This document shows, piece by piece, positions 8,569 through 18,003 of a DNA stretch of 64,000 nucleotides (positions within the stretch are counted from its first letter, which is position 1; the number at the start of each line of letters is the position of its first letter). The notes beneath the pieces were generated by a model. The model was not told the origin of the DNA and ran no database searches. It saw only the letters and a list, made by a program, of their open reading frames with translations. Where the stretch lies: contig CAZINP010000001.1 in the NCBI GenBank assembly GCA_964540635.1, forward strand, positions 171,263 through 235,262. Direction: 5' to 3'. The position numbers were made by a program, and so were the translations under genes. Source of the DNA: an uncultured Gammaproteobacteria bacterium (GTDB taxonomy: Bacteria > Patescibacteriota > Patescibacteriia > Buchananbacterales > UBA6539).

Positions 8569-9711
8569 ATGGATAAGCAGCAAAAATATTATTCGGCCTT
8601 CTCTGATATTGTTGAAAAATTTTTTCAGTTTTATCCATTTTTAAGCACACGAGAGGCGAATAATTTTAAAAGGCAGGCCAACGCTTCTTATTGTCAAATT
8701 AAAAAAATATCAAACGATGAAGAATTTTTAGCCTTCGCAAAAGAATTTATTGCCTCCTTGGGTCATAGTCATGCTAAAATTGTCGGCAAAACACTTATTT
8801 ATCGCCCCAAAGACTGCCAAGTCAAATACATAAATTCAAAATTTTATCTTTTTAAATCCGGAAAATTAGTTGGAGAATTAATTACAATTGATTCGCAAGC
8901 CCCAAGGCAAATTTTAAGGTCTAATCAGAAATATATCTCAGCTTCAACGCCGCAATATTTAATGGCTCAAGGGTTGGAACGATTATTTAATTCCGATTGT
9001 CCAAAATCCGTAGTGGTAAAAGTTAGGACTAAAGATGGAGTTAAAGCGATTAAATTATCTCGCCTTGGGGTCAAGCCTAAAAAGTCCAGAGCCGGTATTA
9101 AGTGGCGATTTATTAGCGGTAAAGTTGGTTATTTGAAAATTGGCGCTTGGAGATTTTCTAATTTTGATGATAAAAGGTTAGAAAAAATAATAAATAAATT
9201 CCTAAATAAAAAAATTAATAAAATTATAATTGATGTTCGTGGTAATGGTGGCGGTCGATCAAAGACTGCCGATGGTCTGGCCGGTCATTTTTTAAATAAA
9301 AAAATAAAAATTGGCAAGAGTCTGGATCGTTTTAACCATAAAACGGACTACTTTGTTTTGCCTAAGAGACCATTTGTAAAAGCGTCTGTTATTATTTTGG
9401 TTGATAATTATTGCTTAAGTTCAACCGAACTTTTTGTTGCCGGGCTAAAGGATAATAAGTTGGCTTTTGTAATTGGGCAGACTACCGGTGGTGGAACTGG
9501 TAACCCAAAAAAGTTTGAGATTGCCCTTGCTCGAAAAAGATTAAATCTTTATGTGCCTACTTGGGTTTTTTATCGTAGGAATAGAGAGATGATTGAGGGT
9601 AGAGGCATAAAACCCGATATTGAGATCGACGAAAGTGTCGGTGATTTATCAGTTAATAATGATTTTGTTCTCGAGCGAGCAGTAAGTTTTTTACTGAACA
9701 AAAAGGGGTAG
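8569..9711 (+). CDS. S41-family (C-terminal processing/tail-specific type) peptidase
   Basis: Hallmark IIDVRGNGGG motif. CLSSTELFVAG region around the Ser nucleophile. Confidence 0.7.
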   Translation: MDKQQKYYSAFSDIVEKFFQFYPFLSTREANNFKRQANASYCQIKKISNDEEFLAFAKEFIASLGHSHAKIVGKTLIYRPKDCQVKYINSKFYLFKSGKLVGELITIDSQAPRQILRSNQKYISASTPQYLMAQGLERLFNSDCPKSVVVKVRTKDGVKAIKLSRLGVKPKKSRAGIKWRFISGKVGYLKIGAWRFSNFDDKRLEKIINKFLNKKINKIIIDVRGNGGGRSKTADGLAGHFLNKKIKIGKSLDRFNHKTDYFVLPKRPFVKASVIILVDNYCLSSTELFVAGLKDNKLAFVIGQTTGGGTGNPKKFEIALARKRLNLYVPTWVFYRRNREMIEGRGIKPDIEIDESVGDLSVNNDFVLERAVSFLLNKKG

Positions 9712-9822
9712 GGCGGCTATAATGCAGTATTTGTCAGGTTTTTGACGGAATAGAATTTTGTATTTTAATAAAATTGAAGATTTGTGGTATAATTAAGGGT
9801 GAAATAAACTTAATTTTTTATT

Positions 9823-10500
9823 ATGTCATTAGTAAATCTAGGTTTAATATTTGTTGCAGGTCTTGATTTTGGGGTTGCTTTGCTAATTTATTCATTAAAT
9901 CCCAGGAATAGGAACAACATTTTAATATCTTTAACCATTCTCTCTCTGGCAGCATGGACGTTGGGAATGGGTATGTTTAGAAATGCTTATACGGAAACTG
10001 AAGCATGGATATGGGTCTGGGTACAAAATGGATTTGGTTCTATTATTCCAGTTTTTCTCTTTCTTGTGTCGATTTATTTTCCTTACCAATCAGTTAGGGT
10101 TAAGCCAAAGCATATATTATTAATTGTACTAAGTGTGGTTTGGATGTTGGTGGTCGTTGTGGTGCCAGGATTTTTAGTAAAAAATATCAAAATAGTTGTA
10201 CCAAATAATTATTATGATATGAATCGTTTGGGTATTGCATATTTTAATATCCATTTTTATTTTTACTTAGTTCTTTCATATATATTCTTTTACAAAAAAT
10301 ATGTTAAGAGTAGTGGGATTATCAGAATGCAATTAAATTATTCAATATTGAGTGCCACTACAGTTGGAATTATCGGTTCAGTTTTTGGCGCCTTAATTCC
10401 CTTAATATTTAACACTTTAGGGTATTATTGGATCGGGCCATATTTTGCCGTTCCAGCGATGTTGATATTGATAAGTTTTATTTATAAGGCTAATAAATAA
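9823..10500 (+). CDS. Stand-alone 7TM sensor-module membrane protein, paralog 1
   Basis: Six to seven predicted TM helices. Homologous to the N-terminal membrane domain of the histidine kinase at 13567-15759 and to the next two ORFs. Confidence 0.6.
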   Translation: MSLVNLGLIFVAGLDFGVALLIYSLNPRNRNNILISLTILSLAAWTLGMGMFRNAYTETEAWIWVWVQNGFGSIIPVFLFLVSIYFPYQSVRVKPKHILLIVLSVVWMLVVVVVPGFLVKNIKIVVPNNYYDMNRLGIAYFNIHFYFYLVLSYIFFYKKYVKSSGIIRMQLNYSILSATTVGIIGSVFGALIPLIFNTLGYYWIGPYFAVPAMLILISFIYKANK

Positions 10501-10520
10501 CGTTTTAATATAATTTAATT

Positions 10521-11210
10521 ATGTTAAATTATTTTTTGAGAAACTTGATTATACTCTCAAATTTGCTTACCGTAATATTTTGTTTATCTTTGGGAATCTA
10601 TAGTGTTAGACGAAGGTATGGTGATATTATAATCAGACTTTGGTTTTTTCTTTGCCTCGCCGTGTCGGTTTGGTGCGGAAGTTATATCCTATTGAATTTT
10701 TCTGACGAATCCGGCTTAGCGATGTTTTATATTAGATTGATATATATATCAATATCTTTGATACCTGTTTTATTTTTGCATTTTGTTATTAGGTATCTGC
10801 ATAGATATAGTTTTGATAGAAAGATAATTGGTTTAGGCTATATTATTTCGCTTATTTTTATTTTTTTATTTACGTTTACCAATCTAATTATTTCTGGAAC
10901 AAAGTATACATATGGGTTTGGTAGACATGAGAGTGTAAATAATTTTGCTTATTTGTTTTTTTTAATATATTTTTTTTCTTGTATTGCGTGGGCAATCATC
11001 TTGCTTTATCGTGAGTATAAAAATAGTGTCGGGGTTAAAAAGAGGCAAGTTTATTTTTTAATTTTAGCGTCATTCTTCGGTTTTGTTGGCGGGTCAACTA
11101 ATTTTATGACCAATATGTGGGGTGTCTTTCCGTATGGTCAAATGTTTGTTTGGTTGTATCCAATACTTATAACCTATGGGATATTTATGGATGAAATTAA
11201 ATTTAAATAA
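10521..11210 (+). CDS. Stand-alone 7TM sensor-module membrane protein, paralog 2
   Basis: Highly similar to paralog 3 (LGIYSVRRRYGDIIIRLWFFLCLAVSVWC vs LGIYSIRRRFNDIVIRLWFFLCIAVSVWC). The C-terminus ITYGIFMDEIKFK is identical in both. Confidence 0.65.
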   Translation: MLNYFLRNLIILSNLLTVIFCLSLGIYSVRRRYGDIIIRLWFFLCLAVSVWCGSYILLNFSDESGLAMFYIRLIYISISLIPVLFLHFVIRYLHRYSFDRKIIGLGYIISLIFIFLFTFTNLIISGTKYTYGFGRHESVNNFAYLFFLIYFFSCIAWAIILLYREYKNSVGVKKRQVYFLILASFFGFVGGSTNFMTNMWGVFPYGQMFVWLYPILITYGIFMDEIKFK

Positions 11211-11220
11211 TTTTATATAT

Positions 11221-11916
11221 ATGTCTAAAGAGTTGTTAAGAAATTTAATTTTCGTTTCTAATATTTTAACCGTTATTTTTTCTTTTTCTTTGGGCATCTA
11301 TAGCATAAGAAGAAGATTTAATGATATTGTTATTAGGCTGTGGTTCTTTTTATGTATCGCGGTTTCCGTTTGGTGTGCAAGTTACATTTTTATTATGATT
11401 TCTCCAGGTAAGGGAATTGCCAATCTTTTTTTGAGAGTGGTATATTCTGTTGCATCACTTATCCCTATTTTATATTTTCATTTTATTTCTTCTTTTCTGT
11501 TGAAAAACTACAAAAATAAAAAAACTATTTTTTTAGGTTATTTTTTAGCTTTGACTCTATTGTTTTTATCAATTTTTTCCAATTTGATTGTTATTGGCGC
11601 GAAGTATTTAGATGGATTTGGCTACACTCAGAACACAAATAAAAATGGTTTAGTTTTATTTATTATTTATTTTCTATTTTATATTTTTTTAAGTTTTCGT
11701 TTATTGATATTGGAATATTTTATTTCTATAGGTTATAAAAAAAGACAAATTTTTTTTATTCTAACGGCATCTTTGCTCGGGTTTGTCGGTGGCATGTCAA
11801 ATTTTATTTTTGATCTATTGGGAATTTATCCTTTTGGGCAAATAATAGTTTGGTTTTTTCCAGTTCTAATCACTTATGGAATATTTATGGATGAAATTAA
11901 ATTTAAAAATTATTAA
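11221..11916 (+). CDS. Stand-alone 7TM sensor-module membrane protein, paralog 3
   Basis: Start chosen at MSKELLRNL by homology to paralog 2. The ORF-track start at 11176 overlaps the previous gene. Same 7TM module. Confidence 0.6.
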   Translation: MSKELLRNLIFVSNILTVIFSFSLGIYSIRRRFNDIVIRLWFFLCIAVSVWCASYIFIMISPGKGIANLFLRVVYSVASLIPILYFHFISSFLLKNYKNKKTIFLGYFLALTLLFLSIFSNLIVIGAKYLDGFGYTQNTNKNGLVLFIIYFLFYIFLSFRLLILEYFISIGYKKRQIFFILTASLLGFVGGMSNFIFDLLGIYPFGQIIVWFFPVLITYGIFMDEIKFKNY

Positions 11917-11940
11917 TTTTAATGTAGTTATAATTAATTT

Positions 11941-13560
11941 ATGTCAATTAGCATTGATTCGATAAAAAAAATATTAGATCTAAGAAACGAAGTTTTGTTG
12001 ACCCCAGAGGCTATGGCAAAAAATTTAAAAGCAACGTTTTTGGTTTCAGACAACTTGTCCCCAGAGATTTTGAATTTTAAGAATAAGTTAGAGTTAAGTT
12101 TCACTGAGCTGGGTGTTGATGTTATTCCATACGCTAAATCTTTTGATAGAATGAGATTTAAAAATATAATAAGGAGAACCTTGCTATATTTTAAAATCAT
12201 TTTAAAGATAATAATTTCAATATTTAGAGATTTTAAAAAATTTAATCCTAAAATGCTGCCGGACAATTTTTTTCAGTTTTGTTTTGGAGGAAGTTACAAA
12301 AAAAATATTGCGATTTTTGTTTTTGGAGAGGTTGACAGTGTTTTTTATCCAATAAATCACGTAAATAATTTAAAAGATAACCCGATAATAACAGTTATTG
12401 AAAAAAAAGATGAGGTTAAAGGTGAAAAAAACTTTAATTTTCATATGGATAAGGCATTAAGTCTTTTTTCTAAGCTAATGACCAATATTGCCATCACGGT
12501 AAGTGCAGAGGCCTGGACTATTTATAGTTTTAATTTATCTCATCCAACCTATGGTTTTGATGATAACTTTAAAAATAATATATTAAATTCGTTAATCACT
12601 AAAATTTCAGCCCCAGTTGTGCCACCGAAAATGAAAGAATTTATAATAAAAGATGATAATTTTGAGCCCAATGATGAAAAATATAAATTTTATATTAATG
12701 ATATGGTCGTAGGAAGCAAATTATTAAAAGAAACTAATTTATTCCCCGAAGGTAGATTGGTCAGCGACCTAAACTTTAAAAATTATTTCTATAGATATAT
12801 AGGTGAGGTGCATTTAGATAAAAGGAATGGAATGAGTTATGGTTTTATTGCTCGTCAGTTGCCAGTTTTATTTTCTGAAGTAAAAGAGATTAGTAGTTTA
12901 GACATAAAAAAGTTTGGATTGAATGATTATTATTTTGACGATAATAATTGTTTATTTATTAAAGTGGAAGTTTTTAAAAAAGATTATGTATTGAAAGTTC
13001 CTGAAGTTTGGGTTTTAACAACAAGATCGGGTTGCGATAAAACAAACATCAACCAATCAGAAGATATAATAAAGATAGGCTTGGTGAACGGCAAAATGAT
13101 GATGGAATTGCCAACAAATTTCCAGAGAAAACAAAATTATAGGCCATCATTTGATACTAGGATAATCTTAGCGCATGCAGTAAGTAATGCAATTTTTGGT
13201 TCGATTATTAACAAATTTAATCCCGGGTCTGATTTCGCTGTTAATTTGGGTAAGTCTGGCATGGCAATTGTTCATTGGCATGGTTATATAAATAATAATT
13301 TTTTACCAAAAGGTTTCATTGTATATGGAAAAAATAATCCTTCTGTATCTTGTTCTGCGCTACAAACATCTATTTATGCTATGCAACAAAAAGAGCATTT
13401 AATTGTACCGCTTATAGAAAAAAATGAAGAATATGTGGGTGATTTCCATATTGAACCACAGCATGGCGTAAATGTTGTTTATGATGGTATTGTTAATTTG
13501 GCAAAATTTTTATTATCAGATAAAAACATTTCAGAATTAGGCAATAAGTATTTTAATTAA
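11941..13560 (+). CDS. Hypothetical protein (539 aa), no recognisable motifs
   Basis: Long intact ORF with coding-like composition, sitting between the 7TM paralogs and the kinase. Confidence 0.5.
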   Translation: MSISIDSIKKILDLRNEVLLTPEAMAKNLKATFLVSDNLSPEILNFKNKLELSFTELGVDVIPYAKSFDRMRFKNIIRRTLLYFKIILKIIISIFRDFKKFNPKMLPDNFFQFCFGGSYKKNIAIFVFGEVDSVFYPINHVNNLKDNPIITVIEKKDEVKGEKNFNFHMDKALSLFSKLMTNIAITVSAEAWTIYSFNLSHPTYGFDDNFKNNILNSLITKISAPVVPPKMKEFIIKDDNFEPNDEKYKFYINDMVVGSKLLKETNLFPEGRLVSDLNFKNYFYRYIGEVHLDKRNGMSYGFIARQLPVLFSEVKEISSLDIKKFGLNDYYFDDNNCLFIKVEVFKKDYVLKVPEVWVLTTRSGCDKTNINQSEDIIKIGLVNGKMMMELPTNFQRKQNYRPSFDTRIILAHAVSNAIFGSIINKFNPGSDFAVNLGKSGMAIVHWHGYINNNFLPKGFIVYGKNNPSVSCSALQTSIYAMQQKEHLIVPLIEKNEEYVGDFHIEPQHGVNVVYDGIVNLAKFLLSDKNISELGNKYFN

Positions 13561-13566
13561 AATTAA

Positions 13567-15759
13567 ATGTTTACGGGCTTTAATTATTTTAATATTTGTT
13601 TGTTGTTTGGGGGCATAGTCGCCCTGGCTGCTGGTTTTGTTGTTTTTATTAGGAATAAAAATAATAAGGTTAATCAATCTTGGTTACTTGTTACGATTTC
13701 AACGGCTTTTTGGGGTTTTGGTTATTTCGCAATGATTAGCACGTTCGATAAAACCATATCGTTATATGCAAACTGGTTCTTGCATTTTTCTGCCATTTTA
13801 GTTCCACCATTATTTTTTAGATTTATTTTGAGGTTGACAAATAATATTAAAAATTATAAAAAATCACTTTTTATAATTTATTTGTTTGCCCTGGCTTTTT
13901 TAATTATCAACCCGACTAAACTTTTTGTTGTCGACGTAAAACCTAAATACATATTTCCTTATGTATGTGATGCCGGCCCACTATATATTTTATTTGCGCT
14001 TTATTTTTTCTCAGTTGCCTCGGTTTCTTTATACGTTCTCTTGTTAACTATAAAAAAATCAACCGGCGTGTATTATCAACAATTAAAATTAGTATTTATT
14101 TCTTCATTTTTTGGTTTTGCTGGTGGAGGGAGCGTTTTTCTTTTGACTTTCAATATTCCTTTCCCTCCTTATCCGATAATTTTATTCAGCTTATACCCTG
14201 TTGTTATTAGTTATTCTATCTTGAAGTATAGATTTTTAGATGTTAGATTGGTGATAGCCCGTACAATAATATTTGGTTTATTTGTTGGATTGTTAACTTT
14301 TACTTACTCGGTAATATCTGCTTTTATTGCAAGTTATTTTGAAAATTTAATTGGGTTCAATTCATATATTTTAACCGGTGTTGTTGTATCGTTTTTGGTA
14401 ATAACAGGATATGCTCCTCTTAAAAAAATCCTTGAAAGGTTGACAAGCAAATTCCTTTTTAAAACTACATATAATCCCGACATTGTTCTTTCTGACATCT
14501 CAAACGTCGCCTCTTCAATTGTTGACCTCCGTCAGCTATTAGCTTCAATTTCAAATATTCTTGATTCTGCTTTTCATTGCGAAAAAATTGCAGTGGCAAT
14601 GTTGGATAAAGAAGGAAAATTATATCTGGCTCATCAGCAGGGGTTTGATCCAGACGCTTTGAAAAATTTCACCATGGGCAAGGAGCAGGTTTTGCCGGCA
14701 TACTTCAGTTCAAGTCATGAAGTTCAGGTAATTGATGAATTAAAAACCAGATATGAAGCCGGTGAATATCAGCCCAAAAGCGTTGAGTTGCTTGACTCTT
14801 TGTATGGTATGGACATTGCTTTGGTGGTTCCGCTTTTTGTTAAAGATGAAATGATTGGCGTATTTGTGCTTGGTAATAAAAAATCGGGTGAACCGTACAG
14901 TCATCAAGATTTGAATATTATAAAAATTATTGCCGGTCAATCAGCCATTGCCATTGAGAATGCGAGTTTGTATGATGAATTGAAAGATTACAACGTTAAG
15001 CTTGATCAGGAAGTAAAAAAGAAAACCGCGGAGTTGCGCAAGGCTAATGAAGAATTAAAGCAATTGGATGAGGCTAAGTCTGAGTTTATTTCCATTGCTT
15101 CCCACCAACTGCGCACGCCGTTGACGATTATCAAGGGTTATATTTCTATGATGTTGGAAGGGAATTTTGGCAAAGTGCCGGTTAAGATTAATGATAATTT
15201 GAAAAAGGTTTTTAGTGCCAATGAGCGTTTAATTAATTTGGTGGAAAATCTTTTGGATATTTCGCGCATTGAAAGCGGGCGCCAAGAGTTTAATTTTTCG
15301 CGAGCCAGGCTTGAAGATATGGCGGCGGTTGTTGTTGATAATTTTAAAAATAATGCCAAGGATAAAAAGTTGATTTTGATTTTTCATAAGCCAAGTTCTC
15401 CTACGCCGGAAGTTAAACTTGATGCCGATAAAATCCATGAAGTAATGATGAATTTTGTTGATAACGCAATTAAGTACACCAAAAAAGGAAAAGTTGAAGT
15501 CTCAGTTCAAGCTAACGACGGCCATGTTACTTATTGCGTTAAAGATAATGGCATGGGCATATCTTCGGAAGTCATGCCGGTATTGTTTCAAAAATTTTCT
15601 CGTGGCAAAGGCAGTTTTAGAAGTCATACCGAAGGTTTGGGTCTTGGGCTCTATGTGGCCAAGATGATGATTGATGCGCACAAAGGAAAAATCTGGGCCG
15701 AAAGTGACGGTGAAGGCAAGGGGTCAAGATTTTGTTTTTCCTTGCCGATTGTTAAATAG
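13567..15759 (+). CDS. Sensor histidine kinase: 7TM sensor module + GAF-like region + HisKA + HATPase_c
   Basis: N-terminal 7TM domain homologous to the three upstream ORFs. H-box SHQLRTPL. G-box GLGLGLYVAK. No response regulator adjacent. Confidence 0.85.
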   Translation: MFTGFNYFNICLLFGGIVALAAGFVVFIRNKNNKVNQSWLLVTISTAFWGFGYFAMISTFDKTISLYANWFLHFSAILVPPLFFRFILRLTNNIKNYKKSLFIIYLFALAFLIINPTKLFVVDVKPKYIFPYVCDAGPLYILFALYFFSVASVSLYVLLLTIKKSTGVYYQQLKLVFISSFFGFAGGGSVFLLTFNIPFPPYPIILFSLYPVVISYSILKYRFLDVRLVIARTIIFGLFVGLLTFTYSVISAFIASYFENLIGFNSYILTGVVVSFLVITGYAPLKKILERLTSKFLFKTTYNPDIVLSDISNVASSIVDLRQLLASISNILDSAFHCEKIAVAMLDKEGKLYLAHQQGFDPDALKNFTMGKEQVLPAYFSSSHEVQVIDELKTRYEAGEYQPKSVELLDSLYGMDIALVVPLFVKDEMIGVFVLGNKKSGEPYSHQDLNIIKIIAGQSAIAIENASLYDELKDYNVKLDQEVKKKTAELRKANEELKQLDEAKSEFISIASHQLRTPLTIIKGYISMMLEGNFGKVPVKINDNLKKVFSANERLINLVENLLDISRIESGRQEFNFSRARLEDMAAVVVDNFKNNAKDKKLILIFHKPSSPTPEVKLDADKIHEVMMNFVDNAIKYTKKGKVEVSVQANDGHVTYCVKDNGMGISSEVMPVLFQKFSRGKGSFRSHTEGLGLGLYVAKMMIDAHKGKIWAESDGEGKGSRFCFSLPIVK

Positions 15760-15780
15760 ATTTTCTAACGGTTAATATTT

Positions 15781-16281
15781 ATGAAAATAGCTATTGCTTC
15801 AGATTCGCATGATAATTTGCCTAATATTGAAAAATTTTTAGATTGGGTGAATAAAAATAAAATTGAGATGATTATTCACTGCGGCGATTTAGCGGCACCG
15901 GCAGTAATCAAAAAAGAATTGGCGCCAAATTTTTCGGGACCAATTCATTTTATTAACGGCAATGTGGCTGACAGGGAATTAAATGAAGAAGTGGCAAAAG
16001 ATTTTAACCATGTTTTTTTTCATCGTGATTTGGGCAAGATTGAAGTTGATGGAAAAAAAATCGCTTTTGTCCATTTCCCTTGGGCTGCCAAAGATTTGGC
16101 CGAAGAAGGCAAGTTTGATTTAATTTTTTATGGTCACGACCACAAGCCTTGGGAAGAAATGATAGGTAAAACCAGATTGTTGAATCCGGGAACGTTGGCC
16201 GGCATGTTTAACAAAGCCACTTTTGCGGTGTATGATACAAAAACCGATAAGGCGCAATTAATTTTATTGGAAACGATTTAG
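15781..16281 (+). CDS. Metallophosphoesterase (YfcE/MJ0936-like)
   Basis: DSHDN, GDL and GHDH motifs. 166 aa. Confidence 0.8.
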   Translation: MKIAIASDSHDNLPNIEKFLDWVNKNKIEMIIHCGDLAAPAVIKKELAPNFSGPIHFINGNVADRELNEEVAKDFNHVFFHRDLGKIEVDGKKIAFVHFPWAAKDLAEEGKFDLIFYGHDHKPWEEMIGKTRLLNPGTLAGMFNKATFAVYDTKTDKAQLILLETI

Positions 16282-16313
16282 TTAAATAAAAAATACGGCC
16301 GAAAATTCGGCCG

Positions 16314-16655
16314 TTAGTAAGCCGGCTGCCTTTGGCCGGCTTCTTGCATCAAGGCAATCATTTCGTCCAGGAAAAATCCCTGAGACGGATTTTTTTCTTT
16401 TAACCGTTGAGCCAAATCAAGTGCGGTGCGACCGGCGTAGTCGCGCACATGCACATTGATTTGCCAGACGGCAACCAGATCTTCAACCGCTTCGCAGATG
16501 AATTGCTCCACAGCAAAGTGAAGCAAGGTTTTGCCGGTTTGGGGATCACAAGCGTGAACGAGCTCATTCTGGTTAATGAACAGGCAGTCGCTTTTGATCT
16601 CTTCCCAAACGTCATCCCAAAGCCCATTACGGGCAAACTCAAAGACGATAATCAT
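16314..16655 (-). CDS. Ankyrin-repeat protein (GC-rich gene)
   Basis: GKTLLHFAV and GRTALDLA ankyrin signatures. GC visibly above background. Hairpin ACGGCCG-aaaatt-CGGCCGT overlaps the stop. Confidence 0.65.
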   Translation of the reverse strand: MIIVFEFARNGLWDDVWEEIKSDCLFINQNELVHACDPQTGKTLLHFAVEQFICEAVEDLVAVWQINVHVRDYAGRTALDLAQRLKEKNPSQGFFLDEMIALMQEAGQRQPAY

Positions 16656-16768
16656 AAACGCCTCCTTGTCTTTTATTCGGTTGACAAAATAATATAGTAT
16701 AAAAAATGATTTTTGTCAATAGATTTTTTATTTTTTGATCCATATTGTATAATTAAATTAAATAAAAT

Positions 16769-17530
16769 ATGAAAAAATTTATTATAAATTTAACTAAAAA
16801 AACCGGCTTGGAAGTTTTGAAGCGATTTCATTCCGACAAAACTTTTAAGATTAAAAGTAAGTCACAAATTGTAACTGCGACCGATTATTTGGCTGACAAA
16901 ATTATAGTTACTGCTTTAAAAGAAAAATTTCCCAATTACAAAATTTTAAGCGAAGAATCGGGCGGGGATAAAAAGAAATCAGACTATCTCTGGGTGGTTG
17001 ATCCGATTGACGGCACAACCAATTATTCAATCGGGAGCCCGCTTTTTGCCGTCCAGCTGGCTTTGTTTTACAAAGATCAACCGGTGATTTCTTGCGCTTA
17101 TGCGCCGGCGCTTGATGAATTATATTTTGCCGAGAAAGGCAAAGGGTTTTTTTTGAATAATAAAAAAATGCGGGTTTCTAGTACCGCTGATTTGGAAAAA
17201 TCATTTTTTCTTTTCTGCCATGGTTCAAAGCCAAAAGATATTAAACGTGCAATGAAAATTTACAGTCAAGCTAAATTAAAAACTTTAGACTCGCGCCAAT
17301 TGGGCACCGCGGCTTTGGAAACAGGTTTTGTGGCTTGTGGCCGCACTGATTGCATTGTTATTCCCGGGGCCAATGTTTGGGATATTGGTCCGGGTGTTTT
17401 ATTTATTCGGCAAGCCGGTGGCAAAGTTACGGATTTTTCCGGCAAGGAATGGAATTTAAATTCTTATGATTTGGCTGCTTCTAACGGCAAAATCCATCCC
17501 CAATTATTAAAGTTATTAAAAAATAAATAA
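16769..17530 (+). CDS. Inositol monophosphatase family protein
   Basis: WVVDPIDGTTNY motif. Confidence 0.85.
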   Translation: MKKFIINLTKKTGLEVLKRFHSDKTFKIKSKSQIVTATDYLADKIIVTALKEKFPNYKILSEESGGDKKKSDYLWVVDPIDGTTNYSIGSPLFAVQLALFYKDQPVISCAYAPALDELYFAEKGKGFFLNNKKMRVSSTADLEKSFFLFCHGSKPKDIKRAMKIYSQAKLKTLDSRQLGTAALETGFVACGRTDCIVIPGANVWDIGPGVLFIRQAGGKVTDFSGKEWNLNSYDLAASNGKIHPQLLKLLKNK

Positions 17531-17572
17531 AAAAGGGCTCCGAAGCGCGGGGCGCTCCGAAGCCTGAATCGT
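17531..17572 (-). terminator. Strong minus-strand intrinsic terminator: 13-bp stem GGCTTCGGAGCGC/GCGCTTCGGAGCC followed by CTTTTTTATTTATTT
   Basis: Derived by reverse-complementing the plus strand. The stem has two G-U pairs and a CCC loop. Confidence 0.6.
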
Positions 17573-17940
17573 CGGGGGTGAGATAATGAGCGGTGGGGAA
17601 GAAATTCCCCTACGTGTGGCCGGATGGCCACTTGCGACCGAACAGTCGGCGCAAAGTGTTCATTCCTGGATCCTCCTTACCCTGGGGGGGTGCGCCGTGT
17701 CGTCAGGCGGCCGCTTCGCCGTTCTTCTTCGAGGTGTTGCTGCCGAGGTTCGCGCCGTGCCGGGGATTCTTCGCTTTGCGGCGGGCGTGCTTCGTGGTGC
17801 CAAGGTTCGCGTTGCGGCTGTGCATATTGGGGGTCTCCTTGCGTTTTGGCTTTGCCAATCCTTGTTAGCTGCAGCACTACCTGGCTGCCACCATTATCTG
17901 AATGGTGTTGCCTTCAAGCAACGTCCGTAAAGCGGAAATT
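17573..17940 (-). ncRNA. GC-rich roughly 400-nt element with no coherent ORF; candidate structured ncRNA of unknown family
   Basis: Overlapping short ORFs in several frames on both strands. Low-complexity translations. Internal roughly 60-nt imperfect tandem duplication (CGCGAACCTYGGCA...CACGG). Ends at the terminator above. Contains AAGGAGG-N8-ATG leading into a 17-codon ORF. Confidence 0.3.
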
Positions 17941-18003
17941 AGCAAACCATAAAAAGATACTATCACACCAATTTAAATAAATCAAGATGTTCCCAATAAT
18001 TAT

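Noticed and set aside
11176-11220. ORF-track start at 11176 for the third 7TM paralog
   Set aside because: It overlaps the upstream gene by 35 nt in another frame. The homologous N-terminus (MSKELLRNL vs MLNYFLRNL) supports a start at 11221.
17661-17684. GGATCCTCCTTA on the plus strand as a 16S rRNA 3'-end (anti-SD) remnant
   Set aside because: Only a 12-nt resemblance, missing the conserved upstream 16S context (GTAGGGGAACCTGCGGTTGGATCACCTCCTTA). Judged coincidental. Its reverse complement simply supplies an AAGGAGG SD-like string.
17531-17940. Assignment of the GC-rich element to RNase P RNA, tmRNA or SRP RNA
   Set aside because: The diagnostic conserved blocks were not found on either strand: RNase P CR-I/CR-IV, tmRNA 5' GGAUUCGACGGG with 3' T-arm and CCA, SRP GGAA-tetraloop domain IV. 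Left as unknown family.
17586-17980. Plus-strand ORFs 17586-17930, 17593-17868, 17624-17980 and minus ORF 17677-17877 as protein-coding genes
   Set aside because: They mutually overlap in different frames. The translations are low-complexity (R/C/A/G-rich). This is typical of ORF artefacts in GC-rich non-coding DNA within an AT-rich genome.
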